Shown: piece by piece, positions 37,750-51,440 of the stretch
How positions within the stretch are numbered: the first letter of the stretch is position 1
How the letters are laid out: every line of letters starts with the position of its first letter
Source of the DNA: Nageia nagi
Lineage: Eukaryota; Plantae; Pinophyta
Length of the DNA stretch: 64,000 nt
Reading direction: 5' to 3'
Assembly (NCBI GenBank): GCA_050084985.1
Contig: JBITNC010000001.1
Coordinates: 54,312,001-54,376,000, forward strand
The notes under the pieces: model-generated
What the model was told of the DNA's origin: nothing
Database searches by the model: none
The model's input: the letters and a program-made list of their open reading frames with translations, nothing else
Made by a program: the position numbers and the translations under genes

Positions 37750-38988
37750 TATTATTCCATATTTTGCATAAATGTCTTAGGGAATTTTTTAGAAAACCCA
37801 TTTTGTGTTTATCTTGCAGTCATCATAGACCATGAAATTATGTTTGCATCATGCATATTATCAAATAATTATTGGGCCTTATGTATTCTTCACCTTTTTG
37901 CATACACATATTAGGGCCTTTTTTTGAAAACTCATTTTTTATGTATCCTACAATCATTACATACCATGAAACTATATTTGCATCATACATCTTGTCAAAC
38001 AATTCTTAGGCCTTATGTGTTCTTTCACATTTTTGCATACATGCCTTAGGGATTTATGTATTCTTTTGTCAAATCATGAAACTAAGTTTGCATCATGCAT
38101 CTTATCAAAAAATTCTTGAGCCTTATGTATTCTTTTACGTTTTGCATACATATCTTAGGGCCTTTTTCTAAAAATCCATTTCTTATGTATCTTGCAATCA
38201 TTACAAACCATGAAACTATGTTTATGTCATGAATCTTATTAAATAATTATTGGGCCTTATGTATTCTTCTACATTTTTCATACATATCTTAGAGCCTTTT
38301 CCTGAAAATTCATTTTATGTGTATCCTACAATCATTGCAAACCATAGAAACCATATTTGCACTAGGGGGTCACTATTAGAAAATAGTAAATACCATGTGT
38401 GAAAATATAGGGGCTATTTTTAATATCTAATTCAACTAACGATATATTAGTAAGAATTCTAGAAGGGCAGGGGGTAGGGGTATTTAAATAAAAGGGAATG
38501 AGGTAGGGATATTTAAAAAAAAGGTGGGTGGGAAAAAAGGGGGGTGGGGTGGTGGGGAGGGGTAAGGGGTGCATAAATGAGGGTGGGGGGTTTAGAGGGA
38601 GGTGGTAAATTTTAAAAATATAGGGTTTAATAAATTTAAAGAGGAGGTGGTAAATTTTAAAAAATAGGGGTTTTTTTAAGAAGCCCATTTTCACATTTAT
38701 TTTGAAGGTTTTCTACTATGTGACCCCCACATGTATATTTTCATCATGCATCTTATGAAAAAATTATCAGGCCTTATGTATTCTTCTCCTTTTACATACA
38801 TGCCTTAGGACCTTTTTCAAAAAACCCATTTTGTATGTATCTTGTAATCATTGTAAACCATAAAATTATATTTGCATCATGTATCTTATCAAATAACTTC
38901 TAGGCCTTTTGTATTCTTCCATGTTTGGCATACATTTCTTAGGGCATTTTTCAAAAAATCCATTTTATGTGTATCCTAGAATCATTAA
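37750..38988. repeat. ~134-bp tandem repeat array (about 6-7 units), interrupted by a MITE and truncated by LTR element Y
   Basis: CATGAAA...TTTGCATCATGCATCTTATCAAA...GGCCTTATGTATTCTT recurs at ~37831, 37966, 38075, 38209, 38342, 38860. Confidence 0.88.
38360..38733. mobile_element. G-rich MITE inserted in the tandem array
   Basis: TIRs GGGGGTCACTATTAGAAAA / TTTTCTACTATGTGACCCCC; degenerate 8-bp TSD CATATTTG/TATATTTT. Confidence 0.75.
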
Positions 38989-41900
38989 TATACATAAAAT
39001 CATGATACAGGTGTTCAAGAGTAGGATACCAACATCATTACAACCTTTAACTCTTCCTTGGGGCTACATTGACCACCATCATTGGTCGAAACCTCATCCA
39101 AATCACTATACTCTCCTTGGATGTTTAAGTATCATTGATAAGAATCCCTCTTTAGCATGAAGGCTCATCTGAATACAAGTTTAAAAAGTTGAATACCTAA
39201 TTTGGGTAAGATAGATCATTTTAAAAGCCTTTAAGCTAAATATGATGTTAGCCCAATAAGGCATCATATAGGTAAAATATTATTAAAACTTATGAGTAGA
39301 TGAAATCAATGATAAGATGATGAACTCTTGATAAGCAAGGATAGTTGGAAGTAAGGGCCCACTTGAAAATGACTTCAATAATGAAAGGGATCTTCAAAAT
39401 GAACCAAGGCCATAAATCTTAACCTATTAACATTAGCAATAATGATATCAATAGCAAAAAAATGAATATCTAGTGAAAACATGTGGTCATTTGAAGAGAG
39501 AAGAGCATGAAGGATTCAAGACTCAAGCTAACATCAGTAGAATAATAATGCTAAAACACCAAGATCTATAAATTTTGAGGAGATGATATCATCCATTATG
39601 TCTCCTACTACTAGGGGTGAAATATCAAGAAAGAGAAAATGAATGAGGATCTAACCATTCAATAAAATACTTTGGTAATACCTAAAGCATGAACTACTTC
39701 CTTGGGAGATCCCTAGTAATAACGTCAACACCTCTAGCATGTAATAGTGGAAATTTAGCAATATAAAGCTAAGTTCAATCAAAATACAAGACTAAATAGT
39801 AGAGAATTGAAGCAATAATTTATCAAGCATGCTGGTTGCATGATAAAGTCCCAAAATCACTAAAGAATTCAATTATTATCTAGGTATCATGCATGTAGCA
39901 TGAGACTAAAACATTACAAGTAGTATAGGATAGCATGTAAAGGTCCAAGAATGGAAGATCCTTCCATCGATAATCTTAGCATAGATATGTGCATATGCAA
40001 AAAGGCCATGACATCACTTAACATAGGTCACTATTTGATTTGGGAGGTTATGCATGAAGAGATTAGCTTGAGCTAGTCAAACCATGCACAAATTTTGTAA
40101 TGATCTCTTAAGTGATCTAAACATGGTTTTTTTAGTAATATTTAAGTTTCTTGAATTGCTATCTTGTTGTAAGTAGCATAACTACCAAATTTTAGTAGTA
40201 GGACTAAGAGGTAGTTAAAGTATCAAAGAATATATAATTACGATTATTGTATTTTAAGAAAGGCTCATCTATTATAAATATAGAGCTTAATTTTGTATTA
40301 AGGAGGATCTTGGCATTTTCCCTTATATAATGGAAAATCACTTATGTTGCATCAAACTAGATTGGGTCATGTTTGCTCTTTTATTTCAATGTATTTATGG
40401 GTATTTACAAGGATGAATTTGATCAATTCTTCCCACATATGGGATGTGTGCAATTGACATATTAGTAGGTGTTATGCCCATCCCTCTTGTCATAGATATG
40501 TGAGATTGTGTTAATTTGTGGCTATGATCTAGGTTTCCTCCCCATGGTTTCGATGTACTTCATTAGAAGCCTAGTTTGGCCTTGTGCTTTACCCTTTTTC
40601 CATCCCTTTCCAACACTTCTCTTCTCTAAGAACTGTTATTTTTTCAAAATCACACTTTGAAAGGGGTAAAATTACTTACATTCCGTATTCTTTCCCTTAT
40701 TCATTCTTGAATAAAATCCCTCATTTAATTCTTACTTCTTATCCCCTTTTCTCTTATATATAAATACTTATATATGTTGAGTCCTTGTTTAAAAATTCTT
40801 GTATATTACCAAGTCATGTTTACATTGCCAGGTCTTAGTCTTATAAATGTTATTTAAAACTACCATTTTATTTAGGGCAGCATTGTTTGTATATTCATTT
40901 GAGTTAGAATTGAGAATTGTATATAGTCCATGATAATTAATGTAAATCTTACAAAATCAGTTAAGTCTTTTTAGGGTATCATTGTACATAACCCATGTGT
41001 ATATCTAAGTCTAATTCGAGATTTGTAGTTTGTACATAGTCTTTAATCTATAATGGGTAATTTCACCAAAAGTCATGTCTAGGCTTAGTTGATAAATAAT
41101 TTCTTTGTATCGTAAGTCTCATATAGTCTAGATGTACTATCAATATAATGTTGTATATAGTTTTTAGTCCTAGGTTGACTCACTAGCAGGTAACATCATA
41201 GAACCTATGGAATTGGAGATAAAGGGATATAGTTATTAGTGGAAATTAGTGGGCTTTAACTTCTTCCATTACTAGGTAATCTAGAAGATCTCAATGAAGG
41301 GATATATTAAAATAAACACATTTGATAAACCCCATCAATTTTAAGTGATGATGTCACATATTTTGAGCAAAATCAATGGGTGGTAAGACTCCTAAGATAT
41401 CCAATAAGACCCTCCAAGGTAAAATAAGACCGCTAAGTATGAATAAAGATTGTAAGAAGGAAACACTCGAGTCCACTTAGTCAAGAGTGTATGACCCCTA
41501 AGACTTTGCCAACATGTTGATCATGATCATTTCCACATGGAAGTAGTAGTTTACCTTCAAGATTGAATGATATATCTATCTTCACCCTTATAGTGATTAT
41601 AACCTACAGCTACAGTTAAAACATTCAATGGTTGCAGAAGGTTAGGTAGCTATCGACTACTAACAGGCACTAGTCGTACTAATCAAAATGATAGCCCATA
41701 CTTCTTAAATCCAAAATAGTCCTAAGAGATCATAGTCAAAGATAGATATCATAGAATTCAATCAAGAAAGTATAAAGATTGAAAGTTTGCAAATCTCCAA
41801 GTATTGGCATTGAATCAAGATAACTCTATGCATTTTGTAAATATTTAAAGATTATATTATTTCTAGTCAAATGTTAGTTGTATTATTAATGGTGGACAAC

Positions 41901-42829
41901 CAATATTTTGTATATAGAAATTCTATAAATAGTGGACTATTAGAGGTTCAAAAGGTCAAACATTTTAGCAAGGTTACCCAATGTGTGAAGTGTTTTCATA
42001 TATGATTAATACAATACAATGATATTTTGCCCTCTACTATTTGTGGTTATTTATTATATTTTATGAACATTATGTATTACGCATTATCCTAAGTTATGGC
42101 TATGTATTACAACTATGAAACCCCAAGGGTAAGATAGTTATTCTATTCTTAGTCTTAGTAATGGATTATTTTCCATGCAGTAATGCTTAGGTTGATTAAT
42201 TTTAATTTATTTTTAATAGTTTATATTTTAATCTCTTTCTTGTCACTCTTTACCTCTTATTTTTTTCTAGTTACTTTTGACCTCTCTCATAGATAGGAAT
42301 CTACCTATAACCCAAAGATTGAGCAGAAAATCCCCATGAGTGCAATGTCCCACCCTCTTTTCCTCTTTTAAAAAACCTATTGTTGCAAGCAATGGATAAT
42401 TATATCAAACTAAATCTTAATGTTACATTATACTAATCAACAGTAGTATAGTTCATTTTTGGCATGCCTAATGGGATAAGTAAAAATCCATATTTTGTAG
42501 GCATCAATAGGCCAGATAGCTATGTCTAGTAAGATATCACCCAATGCTTAAAATATTATAAGGTCTATTTCACCTTATTGGTAACTCTACTATCAAACTA
42601 GCCAATATTTTGAACCTTGGCACCTTTAGAATGTAGATTTACTAGTAGTATCAAACATTTCTCAAGATAGGCTAGGTTTCAAGAGTTTTCATTCCTTAGA
42701 AGAAGAATTAGGCAAAAGATTTCCTAGACACTATCCCCATAAATTCCTTTAAGAGTTGTTCCATTATCATCTGTATTTGACTCTAACCAAGAAAATCCTT
42801 CCCCTGATATATTAGGTCCAAACATGGCC

Positions 42830-45730
42830 CAACTTGCCCTTACAAATTTTCCTACTTGGAATAATATCCATCCATTGATAGTTCCTACTAATTATCCAGC
42901 TATTCCCTAAGAATTCTTTAAAATTTTACTTAAATATGATGGGTTGGGAAATATGCCTTATGAATATTATCAATATGTATCTCTGTTGGCATCTATATTT
43001 GATATCAATGATGAAACTATCATGACCATATTATTATCACATTCTTTTGAAGATAAGGAAGTTGAATGGTTTAGAATTCTTACTCCTCAATCTCTAAATA
43101 CATGGGGAGAGTTATGTCAAGCTATTATAAAGAGATTTGTTGAAGATGGTGATGATAGCACTTTCTTAAGCCTAATAACATGTATCAAGAGGCATCATCA
43201 TGAAAATATGGATGATTTTAATGTAAGATTTGAAAAAACATGAAAATCAATTCTAGTAAGAATTAGGCCAACAAATTCTCAAGCCTTGGTATATTATAGG
43301 AAAGCATTCCACCTAGATCTTAATGTGTTAATTGTTATGTTGGAGGATACTTTTCAAGATGTATACTAGATAGCTAAAATATTTGAACATACCTTGGTAT
43401 CATTTTGAAAAATGCAACCTAAATTAATTATGCCCATATTTCCTAACTTGCCTCCAAAATAAGCTTCATTACAAATATCTCATCCTGGAGTACTAACCTT
43501 ACCACCTCCTCCTCCTAAGCCTATTGCTCAAAATCAAGTACTAGCACTCCCAACTCTAGAATCTTCAAGTACAAGTACTATTTCTCATTCAGCAAAGGAA
43601 GAAAGGATAAGGAAACTAGAGAATACCATTAAGAATTTGACTAATAGGTTCACTCTGCAAGAGATGTAGAATTAAGGATTTAATTATAGGAGATATGATA
43701 ATCAATACCAATTGAGATTCCAACCTAAAAATAATCAATTAGAACAACCTCCTACCCCCAAAGCTATTGATAATGGAGTTATGATTAGTTCTATAGAGAG
43801 TGATGGTCTAGGTATTACAGAATGGTGTCCTCCATATTCAACTCCAAATTTTCTAGATTCATGCATGATATATCAACATTAATATTTGGGATTACACTTG
43901 GACCAGATGATATAACCTACTTTAGATCTTATTGTAGATCTCACAATGGTAAATTTTTGGATTCCAAATTATGTTGGAGAACAAGCCAACTATGTTCAAA
44001 CTAGAGCTTCTACCTCAGCAATCCAAGCCTCGCAAGAAGCCAAATTTCCTTAGCAAAATCACCAAGCCATTTTAGTTTAACCTGATCCTAAAAGAGCTAA
44101 GGCTCCTATATCTAAACCATAAAATCATGTGAATGAACTTCCAAGCCATCTAGGTCAAATTTTATAAGGATTGTGTAATGTGTCTCTCATTATAAGAGAT
44201 CCCACTATGACTAGAAATGAAGTTCGGATAGAGAGAGACTTGCTCCATTGAGATATGCATTCATAATTGAGCATCACAAGGAGAAGGACACTTTGTAATT
44301 TATATCTCATCAACCAATTGAAATAAGTAAGTCAATCCCTTACATTTCATACATATTTTGAAAGAATTAAAAAGAACACCTTCTAGGATTACAATGTTTT
44401 ATGCATTAAGGATTCTCGATCAAATTGTCCTGTTGCAAGAAGCTTTGAAGATAAAAATAGTATTTAAAAGGGACTAATGAGGGAAATGTAGTACTTGTAA
44501 TTTTTTATGATATCCATCCAAATCCTATAGGTATCAGAATACCTCCACCTTTTTATTTATCCCTTAGATTGGAAGGTTGGGTAGTTAATTATTTGGTTAA
44601 TACCAGAGCTACTATAACCATTATTCTTAAAGTTGTTGCAAATGAGATGAAATTGTATATTACTTGATGCATAGATAGCTTCATACAACTAAATTATTCC
44701 CTATAGATGTGATCTATAGTGTTAAAGGGGTCCCCATAACCATAAATGCATTCCCTGATATTTGTGTTATTTAAAATATTATTGTAGTTGATCTTCCAAC
44801 TCTATTTGGCATTTGCTTGTCTAGAGAATTCACTACTAAGTTGGGAGGATATTTAGCTTGAGATTATACACACCTCCTATTTAATTTTGATAATAATCAT
44901 GTCAAAATCCCAAATGAAGGTACTACAAGTATCCATCTTGTGAAGATATCTAAGCAAAAATGTATGAATGGCCTAAAGAAAGTAGAGGTATTTGAAAGGG
45001 ATTCAATCAAGGAATCACTACTCACTACAAAAATTCTTTTGGAAAATGACCTAAATTATTAGATCACTAACATTGGCATGGGAAAATATTTTTTATATGA
45101 AAAGGTGCATCCAATCTCAGTCTTTGTTGAGAAAGAACATGAGGTATGGATGATGTACTTTGATGGAGCCAAATGCAAACATGGTTGTGGTGTTGGTGTT
45201 GTCTTCAAATCATATGAGGGATGAATGAGAATATTCTCATTCAGATTCACATGGATATGCATAAATAATGCTACTAAACATGAAGCCCTTTATTTAAGGT
45301 TATCTAAGGCTATCAGTATGGGCATCAGATACCTAGTAATCCATGGTGATTTTGAATTGGTAATTAAGAAAGTCAAAGAAAAGATTAGTGCAAAGCATCA
45401 TTATTTAAAAACTTATAGGAATAGGGTATGGAACCTTATGGAGTCATCTTGGAAATCAACTTTCTCTCCATTCCTAGGAAGTATAATCAAGTTGCTGATG
45501 CACTAACAGGTAAAGGAGCATGTTTTAATCCTACTCTATGGCATTAAATTTCTATGTAGGCCATATGTACCTAATACAATAAATTTTTGGCAAGTATTTG
45601 TGTCTAATGAGAAAATTATGAATTTTCTTATGGATGAAGCAGTAGCTTACATCTTTGGTATTTTAGAATTGTTTGATTATTTTCAAGAATCATATGTTAT
45701 ACAACTAAGAAATAATGTTATACCCAAAAA
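42830..45730 (+). pseudogene. Degenerate gag-protease-aRH of element X
   Basis: ORF fragments 42944-43243 and 45225-45506 plus hand-read PPPFYLSL...YLVNTRATITII. Confidence 0.75.
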
Positions 45731-45732
45731 TT

Positions 45733-48358
45733 GTAAAAACTTTGTGGTGACACTCTTTCCATGTTGATGATGCTCCTTCTTTATGCAAATGATTGAGTGC
45801 CTTATTTTGATGAGCTACTCCCCCTTCATCAAAGGCTTCTTCAAGTGAGGACATCTTCATGATGCCCAAAATATTATTTCTATGTAACCAATTATTCACA
45901 TCTTTTTCCTCTCTCATGTGATGGTATTCAAACCATTCAGCTCCTAATACTCCTCTTGAGTATTTAGATTGAATAATATCATGTAGGTGGTTTTTCCATA
46001 CACCAATCTCACATACCTCTACATAGATTTTCAAACAAAATATAGCTATGTAATAGCTAGTTCCAAATGTAATAAAATGTTACTCCTCACATAAATGTTC
46101 ACTCAAAACTAGTTCTTTACATAATTCCTTCTCCCAAGGAATTTTGAACACATAATTTGGATCCATGTGACCCAAGCTTTCAATCTTTATCTTCAACAAG
46201 CAAGCCTCAAAGCTTCCAAATGGTTCTCTCCATGAGAGATGTATTTCTTGCAATTGTTGCAAGTATTCATTTGATGCATTTATGAGAAATCCTCCTCCAT
46301 TATTCAAATAAATACTCAAAAAAAATAAATCATTAATCATAAAAACATTACCTTTAGTATTGTTATATTTGGTGCTCTCCATAAAGCTATTTTGTAGCAT
46401 ATCTCTTTCAATGTATGTTGCCTCAAAAGCAACCATCAACTCTTCACTAAGAGTTCTCCTTATTGATGGATTCAATATTGGTGTGTTTAATCACCATTCT
46501 TATATTGTTTCCTCTTGAGGAAAAATTTTAGTCACTCCATGTGAGTGATGTTCATCTTTGTCCATTGAGGGATCTAATGTCATTACAACATGAGACTCAT
46601 CAATGACAATCTCATCATTTTCTATCTCCCCCTTGAGATAGTCTTGTGTGCTCTTTTCTTAATACACCTCATTCACTCTTAATGAGTGATATTTAAACAT
46701 GGATATTATAGCCTCCATATCCTCTTCATCAATTACCTCTCTTGGATCATTATCTCATATTGTCTCTTCAAGATAGTTATCCTTCACTACAAATGAGTGA
46801 GTTTCAACATCTTCATTTGCTCTTTCAAGAGAACAAACAACCATTACAAGTGAATGGTTTTCTTCATGAGTGATATAATGGTATTCCATGAACATTAATC
46901 CTCCATAATTATTTTCATGTGGATAATCATCCCACATAACTTGAGCCTTTTCATCATTTTTCTCTACTCCATGTGAGTAGGTTTCAGACATATAACACTC
47001 CATCATGAGTGTTTCTCCTTCATCATGTGCTTTTTCAAAAAAGCAATCTTTCCAACAATGAGTGGTTGGCTCTTCATTATTCTCCTCATTGAGAATTTAT
47101 TCATTCTTTGATGCTTCCTCCATGGAGCACTCTTCATAAAATGGTTCATATGTATCCTCCATGAGAGTTTCACAAGGCTCTATTTCATCCTTCTCTTTAG
47201 GAAGGGATTCTTAATACACCTCATCTTCATGGTATTCAATCAAGGAAAAATCCAATGTGAGTGTCTCTCTTCCTCCATATTCAAGGTCTTCTTCCACGTT
47301 TGAGTGGTCTTCAATTGAACAAAGCTCCTCCTTGCTTAAATAATGTTCATGATTATCACACATGGCTTTATGGGTGTTCTCATCAAACCCATAAGCTTCA
47401 TTTAACACTTTCCATATAAATGTAGTTGATATAAAATTAGATATGAGATAAAAAACACTCTTTTCAAATCCTCTCCTCAAATTCATAAGAGCTAAGCAAT
47501 TTGCATATTGCTTTTCTTCTCTCTTTTCTCCTCTCCTTCAAGTAAGCTGCAATTTAGTTGTTCTTCATAACCTTAAAGGATGATGTCCCAAAGGCCATTT
47601 AAAATCAGAAATATCCTCATTTTTATGCTCCAAAAACAATAATCATACCCATCAAATTTGGGCACCTTCAAGTCTTTAAACATGGTGTTCATATTAGAAA
47701 AATAGTTCTTACTGAATAGACCTTCAATTAGAAAATCATAAAATGGATGCCTTAAACTTATCCAAATGGGCTGAAATTTTTACAAGATGTTTTAAACATA
47801 TATATATCTCTATAGTACAAATTTCATATGAAATATATTAGTATATAGTAATATATATGCATCAAAAGTTGACTACTTTTTCCAGGTTTGCACACATTTT
47901 TTAGCTTGACAAGATTGAGCTTCTCTTAAGAATGAGAAATCCTCCAAATATATATCTAAAAATCTACAATTTTTAATCTTTAGAACTCAAACACTATTGC
48001 AAGAATTTTTTTATGCTTATATATACCTACCCACAAACTATTCTCTATCCCATTAGATCTCTCAATGCTTTGATACTAAATGAGAATAATTGTAAAATTG
48101 ATCTATTGATTAAGAAAATATTACATGCTCTTATAGAGCTTTATAATTACTAAAAATAAATAATCTTGAGATAAATCCTCAACCTAACTAACTATTAACC
48201 TAAAATAAAACCTTAGGAATAGGTCCTAAGTGAAGACTAACCATAAAATACTCTTATCCTAACAACTTAGATTTAGTCAATCTTGACTAATCAAATACAT
48301 AATATTCTATAAATATGAAAAATACCTATATAATAAATGCTTAGGACTTAGTGTTACA
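45733..48358 (-). mobile_element. 3'-truncated Ty1/copia-type element: 5' LTR ~48081-48358, gag start 47683, followed by an acidic degenerate ORF
   Basis: Decayed iMet PBS TAGTATCAAAGC on minus (48067-48078); MFKDLKVPKFDGYDYCFWSIKMRIFLILNGLWDII*GYEE is a copia gag N-terminus. Confidence 0.75.
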
Positions 48359-51357
48359 ATAATGTTGAAGTCTGGTATATGATTCAACTGGTGAGATGAT
48401 AAAGATAATCAAATCAAATAAAAAATGCTCTACATTTACCCATGAAACCCAGTCACATGTAGAATATTTTGCAAATCAAATGAAATAAGAGGTTGAGTCA
48501 TCCATGGAGTGGGAATTTATGATTATGGATAAGGTATGGATGGCCTTTGAATGCATAAAAGATTATAGGATGTGGGAGGTCAAATGTTAAGATTTTACCT
48601 TGAACTTGGAGGTTGTCACCCAGTTATAGGATGAGTTAGTTTGGGGCCCCAACAAAATTAAGTATTTCATAAAATTCAGGTTTGAATACACCACCAAAGC
48701 AACTCATGTTGAAAAAAATGCTTTGGTGAGTTTACTTATGATTAGTACTAGAATTCCTAGTACATGTAAGACCCACTGTTGAACATAGAAAAACCACTCC
48801 CAGCCAATTTTCAAGGAAAGGCCATAGAAGATGATCAACCATTAGCAAAGCAAGAACTAGAGATGCAAAATATAAGGAAGAGAAAATGAGAAGAAGCCTC
48901 CAATTCATGGTGTCTTTAGAAAAAGAAACAACAATAAATTATAATAGCTATTACTTTTTGAGAGTCTTCTCCAAAGAGGAATAAAAGAATAAGGTTGATA
49001 TCTAAAGAGCAACAAACCCCAGAGGAGAAATAAGTTCTAGAAAAGAAGGCATGTACCAACAAAACATATGTGGTAAAAAGCACCTAGACCCCATATTTGT
49101 GGGTATTAAGTGAAGAATAAGTAGAACTAAAAATAAGCACAAGAGATACAAATTTTTTGGATTCTAAAACTCAGAAACCCCAAAGCATTGACACCATTTT
49201 TTATCAAGATGCTTAAGAGGAAATAGGGGATGAAGTGTAGCAAAGGGGAGAAAATGTACTAGGCATGAGTGGTACCGCAATAGCAAGAGGTGAAGTGAGT
49301 GAACATGATGATGATGATGATGTGAATAAAAAGGACTCCAAACTAAAGGATAAACCACCTAAAGAAGAGTCTATTATAGATGAAGAAGAACAGGAGGTAC
49401 AAGTAATACTTGCTATGGAGATAGAAACATAGTCACCTACAAAAGATACTCCAACATTAACCTTAGGAGCAAGTGCACCCCATAATTATTTAATTATTTA
49501 TCCTACATCCTCACAAGGGGAAATAAAAAGTATTTTTTCCACTCAAGTAGTAGATCCCATTGATTGGGCAACATTTATTAATAAAACACTTGTGTTCTTA
49601 GAGAAAAAGGTGAGAACTTTAAGTAAAGTTATAGAAACAAGTTAGATTAAAATTGCTCATATGCCCTTCAAAGAAGGGAAATTAAAAAAAAACCTTCATG
49701 AATGTTATATATGTAAATATGTAGAGTGGTCCAGTTATAAACCAGTCCAACTTTTTGGTAAACATTTCCCTAATGGCTAGTAAGAGTCTCCAATCTATGG
49801 AGAATAAAATAGAAAAGTTAAATAAAAAGATTGAATGATAAAAAAAGGACTAAAGAAAGATAAGATGATAGCTGGGCTACAAAATCAAAATAAAGAATTA
49901 ATTGAAAAGTTGGCTAAGTAAAAAATTGAGCATGATAAGAACCTTCAAGATGCTAAGGTTGAGATGGAGAGCATGAAGAAATAGATCAAAGACCTCAAAA
50001 CCAACATGATTGAAAAATAAAATGCTTAGTAAATCAAAGGGGAATTGAAATAGACAATTACAAAAAATAAAGTTTTAAATTATGATAAGATCAAGCTACT
50101 AGAAGTTATCAAGAATTTTAGAAAAACCTTGGTTGAAAAGATAGAAGGAAGATTGGTCAGCATATCCCAGTTACATCTATTGAAGAATCAAATTGAATAA
50201 GTTGTACAATAGTATAATGCTTAGACCACACTCTACAAACTAGCATTATCAATCCCAATATCAATAATTAAAGGGATGCAAAGTTGGCTTAGAGCCTTAA
50301 TAAAAAAAGATCTAGCCATAATAACTACAAGACCTAGATAGATAATTTTTAAATAGACCAAAGACATTTTTGATGTACAATATTTAATGTTTTTTCTAGA
50401 CTTGGAGAAAAATCGACTAAAAATAGAAATTGGCTTTGTAAATAGATTCTTTCATTCTTTAGTTCAATTAAAAGCTCCCAAATTGTGGGAGGAATCAAAT
50501 GTATAGAGAAACATCAATTTATAGGTTGTGAATACTAAATAATGTTTAGAATAATCATTTTCTAAAAAATAAATTTCAAACTTACAAGCAATAAGTAACT
50601 TGGCCTAAGAAGCAATATCAAGATTCTTATATGCTAGAAGACTAGAAAGTGTGTTGATAGACTTCAAAGAAAATATAGTCAAATTACAAGCATGCCCTAT
50701 TTTTTCATAAGTAGATAATCAAAATCTAAAAGATATATTTAAGAAACTATAGTATTTGCTTCCTTAAATTTTAATTCCACTACCAGAAGTCCACCAAATA
50801 ATACATATGGGCAAGTGAGTGGAAGTGGATAATAAAGGTCATATTCTTCAGCAAGCTAAAGACCCTGAGAGCCACCAGAAGACTATTATGTTTTCAAAAT
50901 CATACACTGAAAAGGGTAAAATTACTTACATTCCTTATTATTTATCTTATTCATTTATTCATTCTTGAACAAAATCCCTCATTTAATTCTCACTTCTTAT
51001 CCCCTTTTCTCTCATATGTAAATATTTGTATATGTTGAGTCTTTGTTTAAAAAGTCTTGTATATTACTAGGTCATGTTTACATTGTTGGGTCTTAGTATT
51101 ATAAATGTTAGTTAAAATCACCATTTTATTTAGGGTAGGAATTATTTTTATATTCATTTGATTTAGATCTAATAATTGTATATAGTCCATGATAATTGGT
51201 GTGAGTCTTACAAAATCTATTAAGTCTTTTTTAGGTTTTTTTTTTCAGGTGTCATTATACATAAGCCATTTGTATATCTAATTCTTGTTGAGCAAGGTGT
51301 AATGACATATTTGTCATTTTTTTCAACACATACATTGGAATATTTTAGTGGTGGTTA

Positions 51358-51440
51358 ACAAGTGTTCTAGACAAGTGCAAAGGTGCTCTAGACAAGTGAA
51401 TAGGTGCTCTAGATAAGTGCACAAGTGTTCTAGATAAATA
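51358..51440. repeat. 21-bp tandem repeat x4 in the 3' LTR of X
   Basis: AGTGTTCTAGACAAGTGCAA-type units. Confidence 0.8.

Noticed and set aside
38362-38694. Pro-rich 110-aa ORF
   Set aside because: Reverse complement of the MITE G-tracts.
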